A DNA stretch of 64,000 bases, taken from Octopus vulgaris. Taxonomy: Eukaryota. Numbering within the stretch: position 1 is the first letter of the stretch; each line of letters opens with the position of its first letter. The translations under genes were made by a program, and so were the position numbers. The notes beneath the pieces were generated by a model. It was not told where the DNA came from. It saw only the letters and a program-made list of their open reading frames with translations, and did no database searches. The stretch is from NCBI GenBank assembly GCA_951406725.2, contig OX597831.1, forward strand, positions 69,564,001 through 69,628,000, read 5' to 3'. This document shows, one piece after another, positions 12,379 through 24,798 of this stretch.

Positions 12379-14590
12379 CAGTGTTTACCAAACTGTGTGC
12401 CACAAGAGATTCCTGGAGTGCTGCAAAAACTATTTTCAGGATCTTCAGGAAACAATGAACCAAGAACATTCACAAAGTGCAAGCATAAATATGAATTAAT
12501 TATATAAATTGTAAAATACGGTAAATATGAATTAATTATGTTACGTGCCGGACAACAGTTTTGCTACAATATATTACATTTCTGCATTTAAACCGGGATT
12601 GTCTGTAAGTAGTCCTAGATTTTAATTTTTGATTTATTTATAATTTACACAAATTATTTTATATTAATTTTAGTCGATTTTTAGTTTTAGATTTAAACGT
12701 GGACAAATTTTTATTGAGACCTCAGAGAAATGAGAAAGAGAATCATAGCAAACAAGACGAACAGCAGAATAAAAAGTTCACCTCATCAAAACGAAAATAT
12801 AATGAAAATTATATCCAATATGGTTTTATATTATTGGAAAAAAACCCAACTCAGTTCCTTTTTGTATGATTTGTTTAACAACATTCTCAAATGAAGCGAT
12901 GGCTTCCAGTAAATTCCAGCGTCATTTAATAACAAATCATCTGCAACAAAAGGACAAACCAAAAGAATACTTTGAGAAGCTAAAAAATTATTAAAAATTC
13001 GATCAAAAATGCTGAAGAAATTTCACTCAATTCCTGAGAAAGCTCAAATCGCTAGTGAAGATGAAAAAAAAAACACATTCTGATGCCGAAATCCTTTGTC
13101 TGCTCACAAGATTTCTCATAAAATTCAAGACATTTTACAAGACATTAATGATCAGTTCTGTAACCATTTCACTGAAGTAAGAAATGAACTCGAAAACTTG
13201 TGGGCCTTACAAATCGATGAAAGTACAGACATCAGCAACAAAGCTCAAACAATTTCATCAAAAGTGTTAAAATCATAAGTTTGTTTTTCTTTTGTTGCGA
13301 ATTGAAGGAAAGAACGACAGGGGGAGATGTCTTTAACCTGGTAAACTAAAATATCATATTGAGAGCGATGCAGTGGCAAACTTGTATTAATGTTTGCACT
13401 AATGGTGCTCAATCCATGCAGAGTCAAAGGAAAAAACTTTGTGGCTCATGCATTACAAAAAATCCACAAGTTAAAATTGTACGTTGCATGATTCACCGTG
13501 AAGTTTTGGTGTCAAAATCTCTACCTGATGGTCTTCTGAAGACGATGGACAACGTTGTTAAAGTGGTGAATTACATAAAGTTGCATTCCCTATTGTGCAG
13601 ACTTTTTGCATCCCTATGTATAACTATGGATTCTGATTTTAAGTATTTACTGCTTCATACAGAAGTGCAATGGCTCTTGAAAGGAAAAGTGCTCTCTTGA
13701 TGATAATTAGTGGTTAGATCTTCTTGAGAAGTTGAACGTTCCAAATTTGTATCTGCAAGGAGTGAATGAAAATATTATTACAATTACAGGCAAATTAAAG
13801 TCTTTCACCAGCAAGTTAGAACTGTGGCTAAGGCAAGTTAAAAACTCACAGCTTGATTGCTTTCCAGGCGTAGAGACTTTTCCAAACAAATTGAAAATTT
13901 TGTCAGAAGTGTAGAAAACAGTAGAAAAGCTCTCTGTATCATTTTCTAAATATTTTTCATCATTTGATTATCAAATGTATGAGTGGATCATCAATCCTTT
14001 CGTAAGATACGACCTGCCATTTTAATTAACGGAAGAAAATTTGATAGACTCAAAAAACTATCCTATGCACAAAACCTCATTTTCTGTACTAGAATTGTCA
14101 GAATTTTGGATTTCGTTTTGGAGCCACTATCCTCGATTAGCTATTACAACCACTAAATCTCTGTTGCATTTTGGATCATCGTATCTTTGTGAATTAGGTA
14201 TCTCTGCAATTATGGACATGAAGTAAAAACAAAAAAAAACGGGAACGATTGCAGATGGTAGATGAGGAGTTACATATTTAATTATTTTAGGCCCACGTTT
14301 TGACAAAATTCTTTCTCAAAATCAGTTGCATCCTTTTCACTTAAAACATTATTATTGTATTATATCACCTATATACTCTTTACTCTTTTACTTGTTTCAG
14401 TCATTTGACTGCGGCCATGCTGGAGCACCGCCTTTAGTCGAGCAAATCGACCCCGGGACTTATTCTTTGTAAGCCCAGTACTTATTCTATCGGTCTCTTT
14501 TGCCGAACCGCTAAGTGACGGGGACGTAAACACACCAGCATCGGTTGTCAAGCAATGCTAGGGGGGACAAACACAGACACACAAACATAT

Positions 14591-14627
<37 letters not shown>

Positions 14628-14947
14628 CGACAGGCTTCTTTTGGTTTCCGTCTACCAAATCCATTCACAAGGCTTTGGTCGGCCCGAGGCTATAGCAGAA
14701 GACACTTGCCCCAGATGCCACGCAGTGGGACTGAACCCAGAACCATGTGGCTGGTTAGCAAGCTACTTGCCACACAGCCACTCATGTTTATAAAACAATA
14801 TTGTTTTATTGTTACTATAATACGAATTTATTTTTATTCATACTAAATAAAATATATTCAATTTTGTTAAGATTTTTGCTTGTTGTGCTGCAAAATAAAT
14901 TCTCCTCACCCAGTGTGTTGTAAGGTAAACAAGTTTCGCAGACACTG
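12379..14947 (+). mobile_element. hAT (Buster/Charlie-type) DNA transposon with decayed transposase
   Basis: TIRs cagtgtttaccaaact / agtttcgcagacactg; 8-bp imperfect TSD ctaTAgag (12371-12378) and ccaTAgaa (14948-14955); BED-finger remnant RKYNENYIQYGF..CMIC..SNEAMASSKFQRHL..NH; ALQIDESTD, CTNGA and CMIHRE motifs; multiple frameshifts. Confidence 0.92.
14374..14785 (-). mobile_element. SINE family A inserted in the hAT element
   Basis: Full family A sequence lies between the transposase end and the 3' TIR. Confidence 0.93.
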
Positions 14948-15257
14948 CCATAGAATGTGGGGCATAGGGTTGTTGTGTTGTCTGCGAATATATGGGGAAT
15001 TGTTGCAATGAAACAGACGTCAGATGAGTGAATAGATGCAGAGACAATTGTAGTTGGGATAGTTTAGAATTGGAGGTGAGAAATAGATCAAAGATGTTTA
15101 GGGTAACTGAGAGACACTCTGGGATTTGTGTTAGGGGTTAAGAGAAGGTGGTAAAGAGAGTTGAGGATTCCAATGAATTAGCTTCAGCATCGACTAAAAT
15201 AAGAAATGTCTGTAATATGTTGGGACCAAATTCTCCCAAATAAAAATTAGCTATATT

Positions 15258-15661
15258 AGGCGCAGGAGTGGCTGTGTGGTAAGTAGCTTGTTTACCAACC
15301 ACATGGTTCCGAGTTCAGTCCCAATGCGTGGCACCTTGGGCAAGTGTCTTCTACTATAGCCTTGGGCCGACCAAAGCCTTGTGAGTGGATTTGGTAGACG
15401 GAAACTGAAAAGAAGCCCGTCGTATATATGTATATGTATATATATGCGTGTGTGTGTCTGTGTTTGTCCCTCTAGCATTGCTTGACAACCGATGCTGGTG
15501 TGTTTATGTCCCCGTTACTTAGCGGTTCGGCAAAAGAGACCGATAGAATAAGTACTGGGCTTACAAAAAGAATAAGTCCCGGGGTCGAGTTGCTCGATTA
15601 AAGGCGGTGCTCCAGCATGGCCGCAGTCAAATGACTGAAACAAGTAAAAGAGTAAAAGAGT
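15258..15661 (+). mobile_element. SINE family A, full length
   Basis: aggcgcaggagtggctgtgtggtaag...gaaacaagtaaaagagtaaaagag. Confidence 0.95.
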
Positions 15662-16906
15662 ATATGTTTACGTCAAAACTTAACATTTTTTCGAATATCA
15701 TCCCTGAAAACGTTATTTATTTAAGGTTATTACAATCACTGCTGTTGCTTATCTACAATCAGCCCTTATGAAACAGATACAATCTAAGACTAAAGACATT
15801 CAAAAAGTGACTATTCCATCATATTTTTATGTTGATGTCATAGTCCAGTGTGTCCATCCATTTTTAAGATGGTAGGGCGTTATTGAAGGAAGATTTGACT
15901 GCCTTTTTCTCAACTGGCTGAACAATTGCACAATGGCAAGAAAAATATGAAAAAATATAAATTCTGCCAAACAGTTGACTCAAAGCAGTGGCTAATAGTC
16001 TCATATCTAACAACTGAGCTACCTACGTTATTGCTGTTGTTGCTGCTGCTGCTATTCTTGATATTGAATGGCTTTAATCAGTTGTTTCTCATTAACTAAA
16101 TTATAGTCCTTTTATAGTAAACAGCTGTACTCTGACTGAATTATCTTTTGGCAAAGCAGTCAAGCCTTTGGATCTGAATTTTAATTGGAATCAAGAAGTT
16201 TTTAAGAAGATAGTTTATTCATTCACAAACATAATTTGTTTTTTTATTTATCAATATTCTGTTGTTTTTTTTTTAAATTCTTATTTTCTTCCTTGAATGC
16301 AGTATGCCATGGCTATTATGTTCAAGACATTTACTGTGGTTCTGTTCAATAATCAGACCTTTAAAGAGGGTGCTGATGATGACTGTTATTAATTCGTTAA
16401 TGTATGATAATCGAAGAGAATATCATCAAAGGAATATTATCGACTTTACGACCAGAATGAAGAGCAAGATAGCAATGTTTTATATTGACATCGCAGTCAT
16501 TCAATACTCCTTGTCTATAGCACTAAAATTCCACAGCTTCGTGATATTCAGTCACATATTTCATTTTGGCTTTAGTGTCTTTTGTTTTCTTAGTTGCCGT
16601 TCATACATTTACATACCATGTTTAGATAGACACACACTTTGTGACTATCTAAACAAATGTGTGGATGTATAAGTGTGCGCTCATGTATCTGTTTAGTGTG
16701 TGTATATATGTATATAAATGTATGTATATATGCATATACATGTAAATATATGTATACATGTTTATAAATGTGTGTGTATGTATGTATGTGTGTATCTAAC
16801 TATCTATCTTGTCCTATGTAAATTTACACTCTTATTTGATGTAACACCACGCACCCTCCTTTTTGTTGCCAATCACTGGCATCCCACAGTGGCTAATATT
16901 TGGTGC

Positions 16907-16948
<42 letters not shown>

Positions 16949-17379
16949 TTCCTCTCCCTCGTTTTTCATCCATCTTTCTTTCTAACTTTCTATCTCTCTA
17001 CTCTCCTCTTCAAGTTCTATAAGACATCATTTTTCGTTAGTGCTTCTCATACACATCTTGTCTCAATGTTGTCTCATAGTAATAAGGCCTTTATTTGTAT
17101 GTGTTGTTTCCTGTTATGTCTCGTCTTATTCTGTTGTCATTTATCGCTTATTTTTGTCACCATCCTCCATGTTTGCTCATTTGTTTGAAAAAGTCTTTTG
17201 CTGTTGATGCCACCAAAGTGAACAGTCTTATCATTAAAGGTGTGAAATTGTTATATTTCGATCATAACTGATGAGGGAAGAGCATGTCATTGTCATCTGC
17301 GTGATTTTCCCATGCATTCCTTTGTCAAGCTTCTGTGGAATTTTTAAATGTAGAAGGTTGAAAAGGAACACACGAGTTG

Positions 17380-19630
17380 ATATATATAGAAAAAAGTCGA
17401 GATAGAAAATGCTAAAATAATTTTTAAAACATTTCAGTTCCGGTTTCAGTCATTGAGACTTTTTCAACTGTAAGTATAGAAAACAATTAAATTTTGGGGA
17501 AACTAGAAGAAAAGGTTTTTTAAAAGAATATTTGCATAGTATTCAAATACAAGTGGCATTTTCCTTGTTTCTGTCTGTCTCTCTTGTTTACTCTTGTGAT
17601 TTCTTGGTAGGGAAGAAGAAGAACAAGATCAACAACAACATTGTGGGAGTGCCATGACAGTAGTATGTTCAATGGTCAATTGCCCGCTGTGGATGGTAGT
17701 AGTAATTGTTGAATTCCTGAAACAGCTCTTTTGAATGTTTTGTTTATAGAATTTGCGTAGGTGTTATTCTAAACAGCAATAGTGGTAAAGTTAGGAAAGA
17801 GGAGGAAGAAGACAAAGAAGAAGAAAGAGAAGGGAGAATAAGGAGAATTGTATATTTCTTTACTACCTACAAGGGGCTAAACACAGAGAGGACAAACAAG
17901 GACAGACAAACGGATTAAGTCGATTACATCGACCCCAGTGTGTAACTGGTACTTTATTTATCGACCCCGAAAGGATGAAAGGCAAAGTGGACCTCGGCGG
18001 AATTTGAACTCAGAACGTAACGGCAGACGAAATACGGCTACGCATTTCGCCCGGCGCGCTAACGATTCTGCCAGCTCGAATTGTAGGTAGTCTGAAAGTA
18101 GTAAGGTGTTAAATAGTCAAGTGACTTAAACTTGGCTCGTTATGGATTATAGCAGTGATTGAGACTGTTTTTTAATGAATTCTTGGGAATCTCTTGAGTG
18201 TATCATTTTTAATATTTGCGTGTGTGTTTGTGTTATTCTAAGGTCGTGGTGGATATGTCATTTGTGGCAGACGTGTTCAATTCTTAACTATCCGAAGCAC
18301 ATGTGAAGTTGCTTTTCACTGTGAAACGTTGTCCCTGTTTAAAGGAGAACTCTGATCCCTCAATTAAATTGACGCATATCCCACAGTTGGGTCTTCCTAG
18401 TTTTTTTTTTAGTGACGGCTTCTGTGTTGTTGTGTGTATTCGGGCTTGTGTTAGAAGACTTTTCATAGATTTGGGCTGTCTCTTGCTTTTTATGATGGTG
18501 TATGTTTGGAGGATTAAGTTCATTCTGTGGTCCTTTTTTTTAGAAGGGATATGTTTTGGAGGATGGTGTCGAAGGCTTTATTGTTGGGAGAGTTGTGTGT
18601 GATGTATGGTAGGGCTTTTGGCTGTAAATCTTTCTTTAATTTGGGATGTCTAAGTTGCTGGATGTTGAGTTGAAGGGCCCGTTGAAAGCATATGTCAGTT
18701 AGTGAAGGTGGGTAGTTCCTGGTGATGAGTGTATCCTTTAGTTCATGTAGTCGTGTGTCTCTGGTGTTTGCATTAGAAACTATAGTACATATCCTTTTTG
18801 TTAGGTTGAAGGGGATATTCATTCTGGTGTGTCTGGGGTGGCATGAGTTGAACGGTAGATATTGCTTGGAGTCCGTAGGCTTATAGTATATATCTGTTTC
18901 TATTAAGTTGTTAGATTTCTTAATGAGGATGTCGAGGAAGAGAAGTTGTTGCTGGCTATATTCCATCATAAATTGAATGTTTACATCAAGTCCGTTTAGA
19001 AGTGCTTGGAATTCTTTAAGTTTCTCTGTATTTTCATACCAAAGAATGAAACAGTCATCCAGTTATTTTTTATGAAGAGGGAGAAAGGGCTGCCGTATCT
19101 TTCTAGAACCTTATGATATCCCATGACTAGGTTAGCAAAGGAAGGGGACATTCCCGTACCCATCGCAGTCCCCGATTTTTTTCGTTAGAAGTTGTCTTTG
19201 AAGGTGAAGTAGTTATTTTTTAGGATGAATTTTAGCCCTTCTATCATGAATTCTTTTTTCATGCGATGTGGGAGTTCGTTGGCATAATTCTCTAGCCAGA
19301 ATTGAATTGCCTCTATTCCTAGGTTGTGGGGGATATTGGAATAGAGGTTGAATACATCGAAGGATACTTGTAGGGTGTTTTTGTTTATTGTTTTAGGAAG
19401 GTGATTGAGCATATCCAGTCGTCCCTTATATAGCTTTTGACATGCTTGAGGAATGGTTTAAGAAAGTATCTAAAATGTTACTGAGGCAGTGGGTTCCGCA
19501 TGCGGGATCTGCTATTATAGGTCTCAATTTAAGGTCATTGGGAGTAGGGACTTTAATTATTTTGTCTGTGGCTATCTTGCATGTGTTACTTATTTTCTCA
19601 CTTCTGTGTACCTTGGGAATACTGTAGAAT
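17380..19630 (-). mobile_element. Penelope-like element (RT and C-terminal region), decayed and 5'-truncated
   Basis: ORFs give SFDVFNLYSNIPH..GIEAI..WL, LKFILKNNYFTF, FLDILI..ETDIYYKPTDSKQYL.FNSCHP.H...NIPF and CGIC..FTC; GTAMG motif near 19160. Confidence 0.9.
17853..18077 (-). mobile_element. SINE family B (Nin/Deu-domain-like) with TSD
   Basis: Contains the reverse complement of gcctttcatcctttcggggtcgataaa..gtaccag; flanked by gaattgta at 17845-17852 and 18078-18085. Confidence 0.9.
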
Positions 19631-20372
19631 GATGAGGAAAGATCAATTTGTCAGAAAAGGCAAAAGAAAACCACTGCATCAGATCTAAAAGGCTATTAAA
19701 CAAACTGAAAAATCTAGCAGAAGATTTGATTTGGTTTTTCTCAAACGAGAAATACTTCGACCAAGATCAAAAAGTTAACAGAAGAAATGACAGAAGGTTA
19801 TATGCAGACCCTTCTGAAGTTCCAAGTGCTATGCGTACAAAATTTCTTGCAACTGTCATGGTTTTAGGGGTTGTCAGCAATGAAGGACGTGTCATGCCTC
19901 TTTCCACAAGGCCTTAGAGTTAACTCTGCCGCCTACATTGAGGTCCTGGAAATAATTGTTAAGCCCTGGATAGACAGTGTATACAATGGAAGGCCATATG
20001 TGTTTCAGTAATACTCTGCACTAATACACATGGCTCTAGTAACACAGGAATGGTTGGCTGAAAATTTTCATGATCACATAACCCCTAACATTTGACCTCC
20101 TAATTCCCCAGATCTCAATCCATTGGACTATTAGACATGGAGCGATGTTGAGAGGGAGATTAATGAACACGCCCGAACCAGATCACTTGATTCGAGCATA
20201 TAGATGATTTAGATCTCATATAGAAGCAGTTGTTGAAACTGAAGGTAGCTTTATTAAATAACATTATAGAAAAGGTTTATTTTTATCCTCATAGCATTGT
20301 TTGATAAATAAAGTTATTATCTGTTTTTTTTATGAACATAAATCTGGCTTCAAATATCTTATACACCCTGTA
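19630..20372 (+). mobile_element. Tc1/mariner (maT/DD37D-like) transposase 3' fragment
   Basis: WFFSNEKYFDQDQKVNRRNDR...VMVLGVVSNEG (ORF 19648-19917); PPNSPDLNPLDY near 20095-20132; ends cacccTGTA, consistent with a TIR plus TA. Confidence 0.85.
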
Positions 20373-20403
20373 CATATATATACATATTATATATACATAT
20401 TAC

Positions 20404-20455
<52 letters not shown>

Positions 20456-21062
20456 TTCAAGTGATGAAATTTTCTCTATATATAGGACACAAGATAGAAT
20501 GCTAAATCACCCCCAATAGTATAATTACATGTATCTCAATTAAAATATCGGATCTTTCAGCCGATGAAGATATTTTCAATGCTCATGCACGTTACTACAA
20601 CCAGGCCCTCAATAAAGCGGCGTCTGAGATAAAAATTGATACATACACAATAGTATCTTCAAGAATAAAACAGCACACCTCTTCCCAGGTTATATGACCC
20701 CCTCTCCTTACCAGTTAAACAACACTGCAAGAAGACTGCTCTCAAATTACAGGCGCCAACGCCATTGGCACTCTCAGTGCAATGGTAGTTTTAAATCTCC
20801 TCATATTGATCAGCCCACTATAAACAAACCGGTAAAAAAAAACTACCTTCAGGAAACGTGAAATCTTGTGGTTCACTTCACCCTTCTCCCTTAAGGTTAG
20901 ATCCCTACCAAAACTATTTTTTAAAATGTTTAAATCTAACTTTCTGCTACAGCACAAGTATTCTATTTTCAATAAATCTTCAATAAAAATATCTTACTCT
21001 ACCACACTTAACCTCTTAACTGCTATCAATAGTTGCAAACTCTGAGGTAAGTTGATTGAACA

Positions 21063-22708
21063 TCTCTTATTATAAAAGGCAGATTTTATCTGCCTCCCTT
21101 TGTATCTTATAGAAATCTACAATATAGGATTTCTTCAATTACAATTTACCTAGCATTTTTAAGAGTAGAATGCATCGGGTCGTGCCAGGTCCAGTTTTTA
21201 AAATTTCAACCCCAATTAAGCAAAATTTAGAGAAAACTCACATTGTGGTGTATAAGTCAAATGCTTTTCTTAGTGTGGCCTACACCACACACACACGCAC
21301 ACACACAGTGTGCAACGAATAAAGTGAAAGTAATTCACTTTTTGTACTGAGTGACTCTTTCACTCTGCATTCCCACTTCCTCTTTACACACATAGACACG
21401 CAAATATATAAATAAAATTGTAAGCTAACGCGTGTGTGTGTGTGTGAGTGTGTGTGTGTGCGTGTGTGTGTGTGTGAGGGTGCGTGTGTGTGTGCGTGTG
21501 CGTGAGTGTGTGACAGTAAAGTTTTTTAGGACGAATATAAGACCTATATCCAAGTAGCAGAAAGATTGCCCAAAAGTGTATATAGATATTTAAATGTATT
21601 TATATATTCATCTATACACAGATGTATGTATAATGTGTGTGTATATATTTCCATAGACGTAACCATTCACTGCATACAAAGTTTTTTAGGACGAAAATAA
21701 GATCTAAAGTTATCTCTAAGAAACAGAAAGATCGCTCAAAAGTGTATATAGATATTTAAATGTATTTATATATTAATCTATACACACATGTATGTATAAT
21801 GTGCGTGTATATATTTCCATAGAGGTAACCATTCAATCCATACAAAGTTTTTTAGGACGAAAATATTTATATAAAAAAGAAAGGGTGTGTGTCTGTCTAC
21901 TCCGATTTAGATTCCTAACTACTCCCACATTTTGCGGTGCAGTTTAACGAAAACCGGGTATCTTATAGTCGTGATTCATATCGAGCCCTTCTGGGTATTA
22001 GCGCGCGTCTACGATGAGTCTATGATTTTACAAATAATTTACCATCATTTTTTTCCATTTTAATGCATATTTTTTAATAAAGGGAAGTAACTCTCAAACT
22101 TCACACCAATATGCGTGCTCATATGCGACGTAATATCACATCAGCAGCATTTCCTCACACCCTCCTTGCACTTGGCGAAGGCAAAATACCAGGGGATGAA
22201 AATGGTAATATTGCCATCGATTCCATTTGTACCATTGTTAAGACGCCTTCTGATCTCAGAGATGCAGTGTTCCCAGATCTACAAGCTAATTATCAGAATA
22301 TGGATTGGATTGGCAAAAAGGCTATACTGGCCCCGAGGAATAAAACTGTTCACCATATTAATGATGAAATGCTAAAACTCATTCCTGGGGAAGTCTATGT
22401 ATATCAGTCTATCGATACAACTCCTGACCCAGAGGACGTCATCAACTATCCAATAGAGGTACTCAATTCCTTTGAGCACCCCGGACTACCACCACACTTT
22501 CTCAAACTTAAAGTTGGTGCCCCTATAATGCTCATCAGAAATTTGGTTCCCCCAAAACAATGCAATGGCACACGTTTGATCGTTAAGTCCTTATCTCCCA
22601 CCGTAAACTTATATCAATATTTGCCTGAATAATCATCATAATTCAGTGCAATCATTAACAGTACTTTCAAGCAATTCAGCCCCGAGCAACGCCGGGCAAT
22701 TCTGCTAG
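21063..22708 (+). mobile_element. Composite non-autonomous Helitron carrying a PIF1 helicase fragment
   Basis: A|TCTCTTATTATAAAAG start; 3' hairpin cccgagcaacgccggg then CTAG|T; internal (GT)n and ~160-166 bp tandem repeat. Confidence 0.8.
22111..22632 (+). pseudogene. Helitron PIF1-family helicase fragment (173 aa open, truncated at both ends)
   Basis: AILAPRN..V..IN, Y.SID, YP.E.LNS....GLPPH.L.LKVGAPIML.RNL......NGTRL are diagnostic PIF1/Helitron helicase motifs. Confidence 0.92.
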
Positions 22709-23387
22709 TATAATATAAATCCTTTACAGCATCCTGAACGTATCCTGACAACAACAATAAAACAACCACTAGCAACTCTCTAAGTAATTCTAAAACGATA
22801 ACAGTATCTCACAACCTGGATTACTAAATAATGAATACCAGTTCCAACAGAGCCATCAAGTCCAATTATATCATAAACTCCGACTTAGACCCACCCTTAC
22901 CAGTGACATAGACTAACTTCACTAGGGTGACACTAACTATCATACAAACAAAAATTCTTGCAATTGTTGTACATCCAATTTATGCTCTCTTTAAGGATTT
23001 TACTTACACAAAAAGATAATATACAAATGCACTGTGTTGACAACCCAAAACCACCAAACAATGATATATGTTGGGAGCACAGCAGACTTCAAGCGTAGAT
23101 AAAAGATATTAATTCTTTTATTAATCCTAGAACCAGATTTTCTACTTCTTTAGCTCAGTATATCCATTGTCTCAAAGTACAAAATATTCAGTATAAATTA
23201 TCTTCATCAACTGTAACGGAAGCACCCCCTAACAATTTATATGCACATATATGTAATCTTTGTATTAGGGAATCCTTAACCATTCTGAGTATGCACAATT
23301 CTTAATGCTAAATATGTTTTCTGATGTCATCTTCTCCTGTAGACACAGGTATTATTTGACCATTAGATATTCGGTTAACTGTTCATA

Positions 23388-23738
23388 CATCATCATCATC
23401 ATTTAGCGTCCGCTTTCCATGCTAGTATGGGTTGGACGGTTAAACCGGGGTCTGTGAAGCCAGAAGGCTGCATCAGGCCCAGTCTGATCTGGCAGTGTTT
23501 CTACGGCTGGATGCCCTTCCTAACGCCAACCACTCAGTGAGTGTAGTGGGTGCTTTTTACGTGCCACCTGCACAGGTGCCAGACGGAGCTGGCAAACGGC
23601 CACGGACGGATGGTGCTTTTTACGTGCCACCGACACGGGGGCGAGGCGAGGCTGGTAACGGTCACGATCGGATGGTGCTTTTTACGTGCCACCGGCACGG
23701 GGGCCAGGCGAGGCTGGCAACGGCCACGAACGGATGGA
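23388..23738 (-). mobile_element. RTE-type 3' end (truncated LINE tail or derived SINE) with ~60-bp internal repeats and (GAT)n tail
   Basis: Homologous to 35726-36173 and 41640-41975; (cat)n at the left end. Confidence 0.85.
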
Positions 23739-24335
23739 GCTACCTACACAATAAATTATTCCATTAAATCTGAAATGTAAAAACCTGGCTTATGTCATCT
23801 CCTCCAACCTTCCACCTCTAACATTATTAATAGCTTGATCTTAATAGTTGTATATTTTCCCATCCTACTATTATATAATAAAAAAAGAAAAAAGGTTACA
23901 TACCTAACACCCACCCATCATAATAATAAGTATATCTCTTTATAAAGATTGTCAGCATCGAATTCTACCGTAGTGCATGACAAATGTAGCCTTACCAGTT
24001 GGAAAGTTCCCTGAGGAAGGAGGCGGTGATATTAGGTTAATGGAACTTAAATTCTATTACATCTTTGTACCACTATGCTTCCAGAAACTGCCATCAGATT
24101 TTAACGAACTATAAACATCTATATGGATTTACAATATTCTCTGCAATCCACCCATTCTGTGTATATGATTTTAATACTAATAAATCTCTGAACGAGATGT
24201 AATACTGATTTTAATACTGTTTTTTTAAAGCGTATTTATATATTTATATATCTATGTATTTTTAGAACATGATTTTGTGCATATAATAATTTTACAACTG
24301 AGTATATTTCAGTAATCTTCCCTTTGTCTCTCATC

Positions 24336-24336
<1 letters not shown>

Positions 24337-24424
<88 letters not shown>

Positions 24425-24445
24425 CATACATATATATATATATAA
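24337..24445. repeat. (TA)n microsatellite
   Basis: Direct reading. Confidence 0.95.
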
Positions 24446-24798
24446 ATGGAGTTAAACGCAGGTGTTATTCAAATACTTTAACTTCCGACACATGTTTCGA
24501 AGATATGATTGTTATTGTCCCATCCTTAAGACTTATCTGTCCTTCTAGCTCTGTCATCGGTGTACTTAGTAAAAATATTCTAGATAAATATATTCCTACC
24601 TAAAAAAATTAAAGCTTAGTTTATAGTCCAATTCATTCCAAGTCGTCGACTGATTTAGTTCTCTTTTTAATAAGGAGCATTAATTATATCCAGTTTGCCA
24701 TTTTTTGTTTTTATTCCTCCATCAACCCAATAGTTCTTAATAAGGCACTTTGGTTTGCTCATAACAAAGCTGGTCTCACTAGGGAAGATATATATATA

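Larger units (their letters stand above)
10430..15240 (-). mobile_element. Decayed Jockey/I-like LINE (EN end, linker, RT, C-terminus) interrupted by a hAT transposon
   Basis: ORF 11378-11611 contains CPNPKKGNLSDPTSNCSIAFTPNISKI (PKKG..YRPI.L...SK RT motif); C-terminal YYNGLC..EL remnant near 10520; linker WFAHSCGEA..K..AYNIW near 12150-12200; EN-like NIFDLFLTS near 15070-15100. Confidence 0.75.
20455..24330 (+). mobile_element. Second decayed Penelope-like element (C-terminal RT region, GIY-YIG, terminal region), interrupted by a Helitron and an RTE tail
   Basis: ILWFTSPFS.KV and KISYSTT remnants at 20860-21005; IIYKCTV...YVGSTADFKRR (GIY-YIG) at 23016-23100; CNLCIRE near 23252; ctgagga...gaaac terminal motif at 24011-24099. 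Confidence 0.7.

Noticed and set aside
12700-14260. Domesticated ZBED5/ZBED8-like host gene
   Set aside because: Many stops and frameshifts, a mutated catalytic motif (CTNGA), and TIRs plus TSD still present
16718-17188. 156-aa hydrophobic ORF resembling a membrane protein
   Set aside because: Composed of (TA)/(TG)/(CT) microsatellites and pyrimidine-rich low-complexity sequence
17265-17315. Hammerhead at ctgatgagggaa...ttccc
   Set aside because: The first box and a stem are present but no GAAA box follows
22111-22632. Cellular PIF1 helicase gene
   Set aside because: Truncated fragment without splice context, enclosed by Helitron termini
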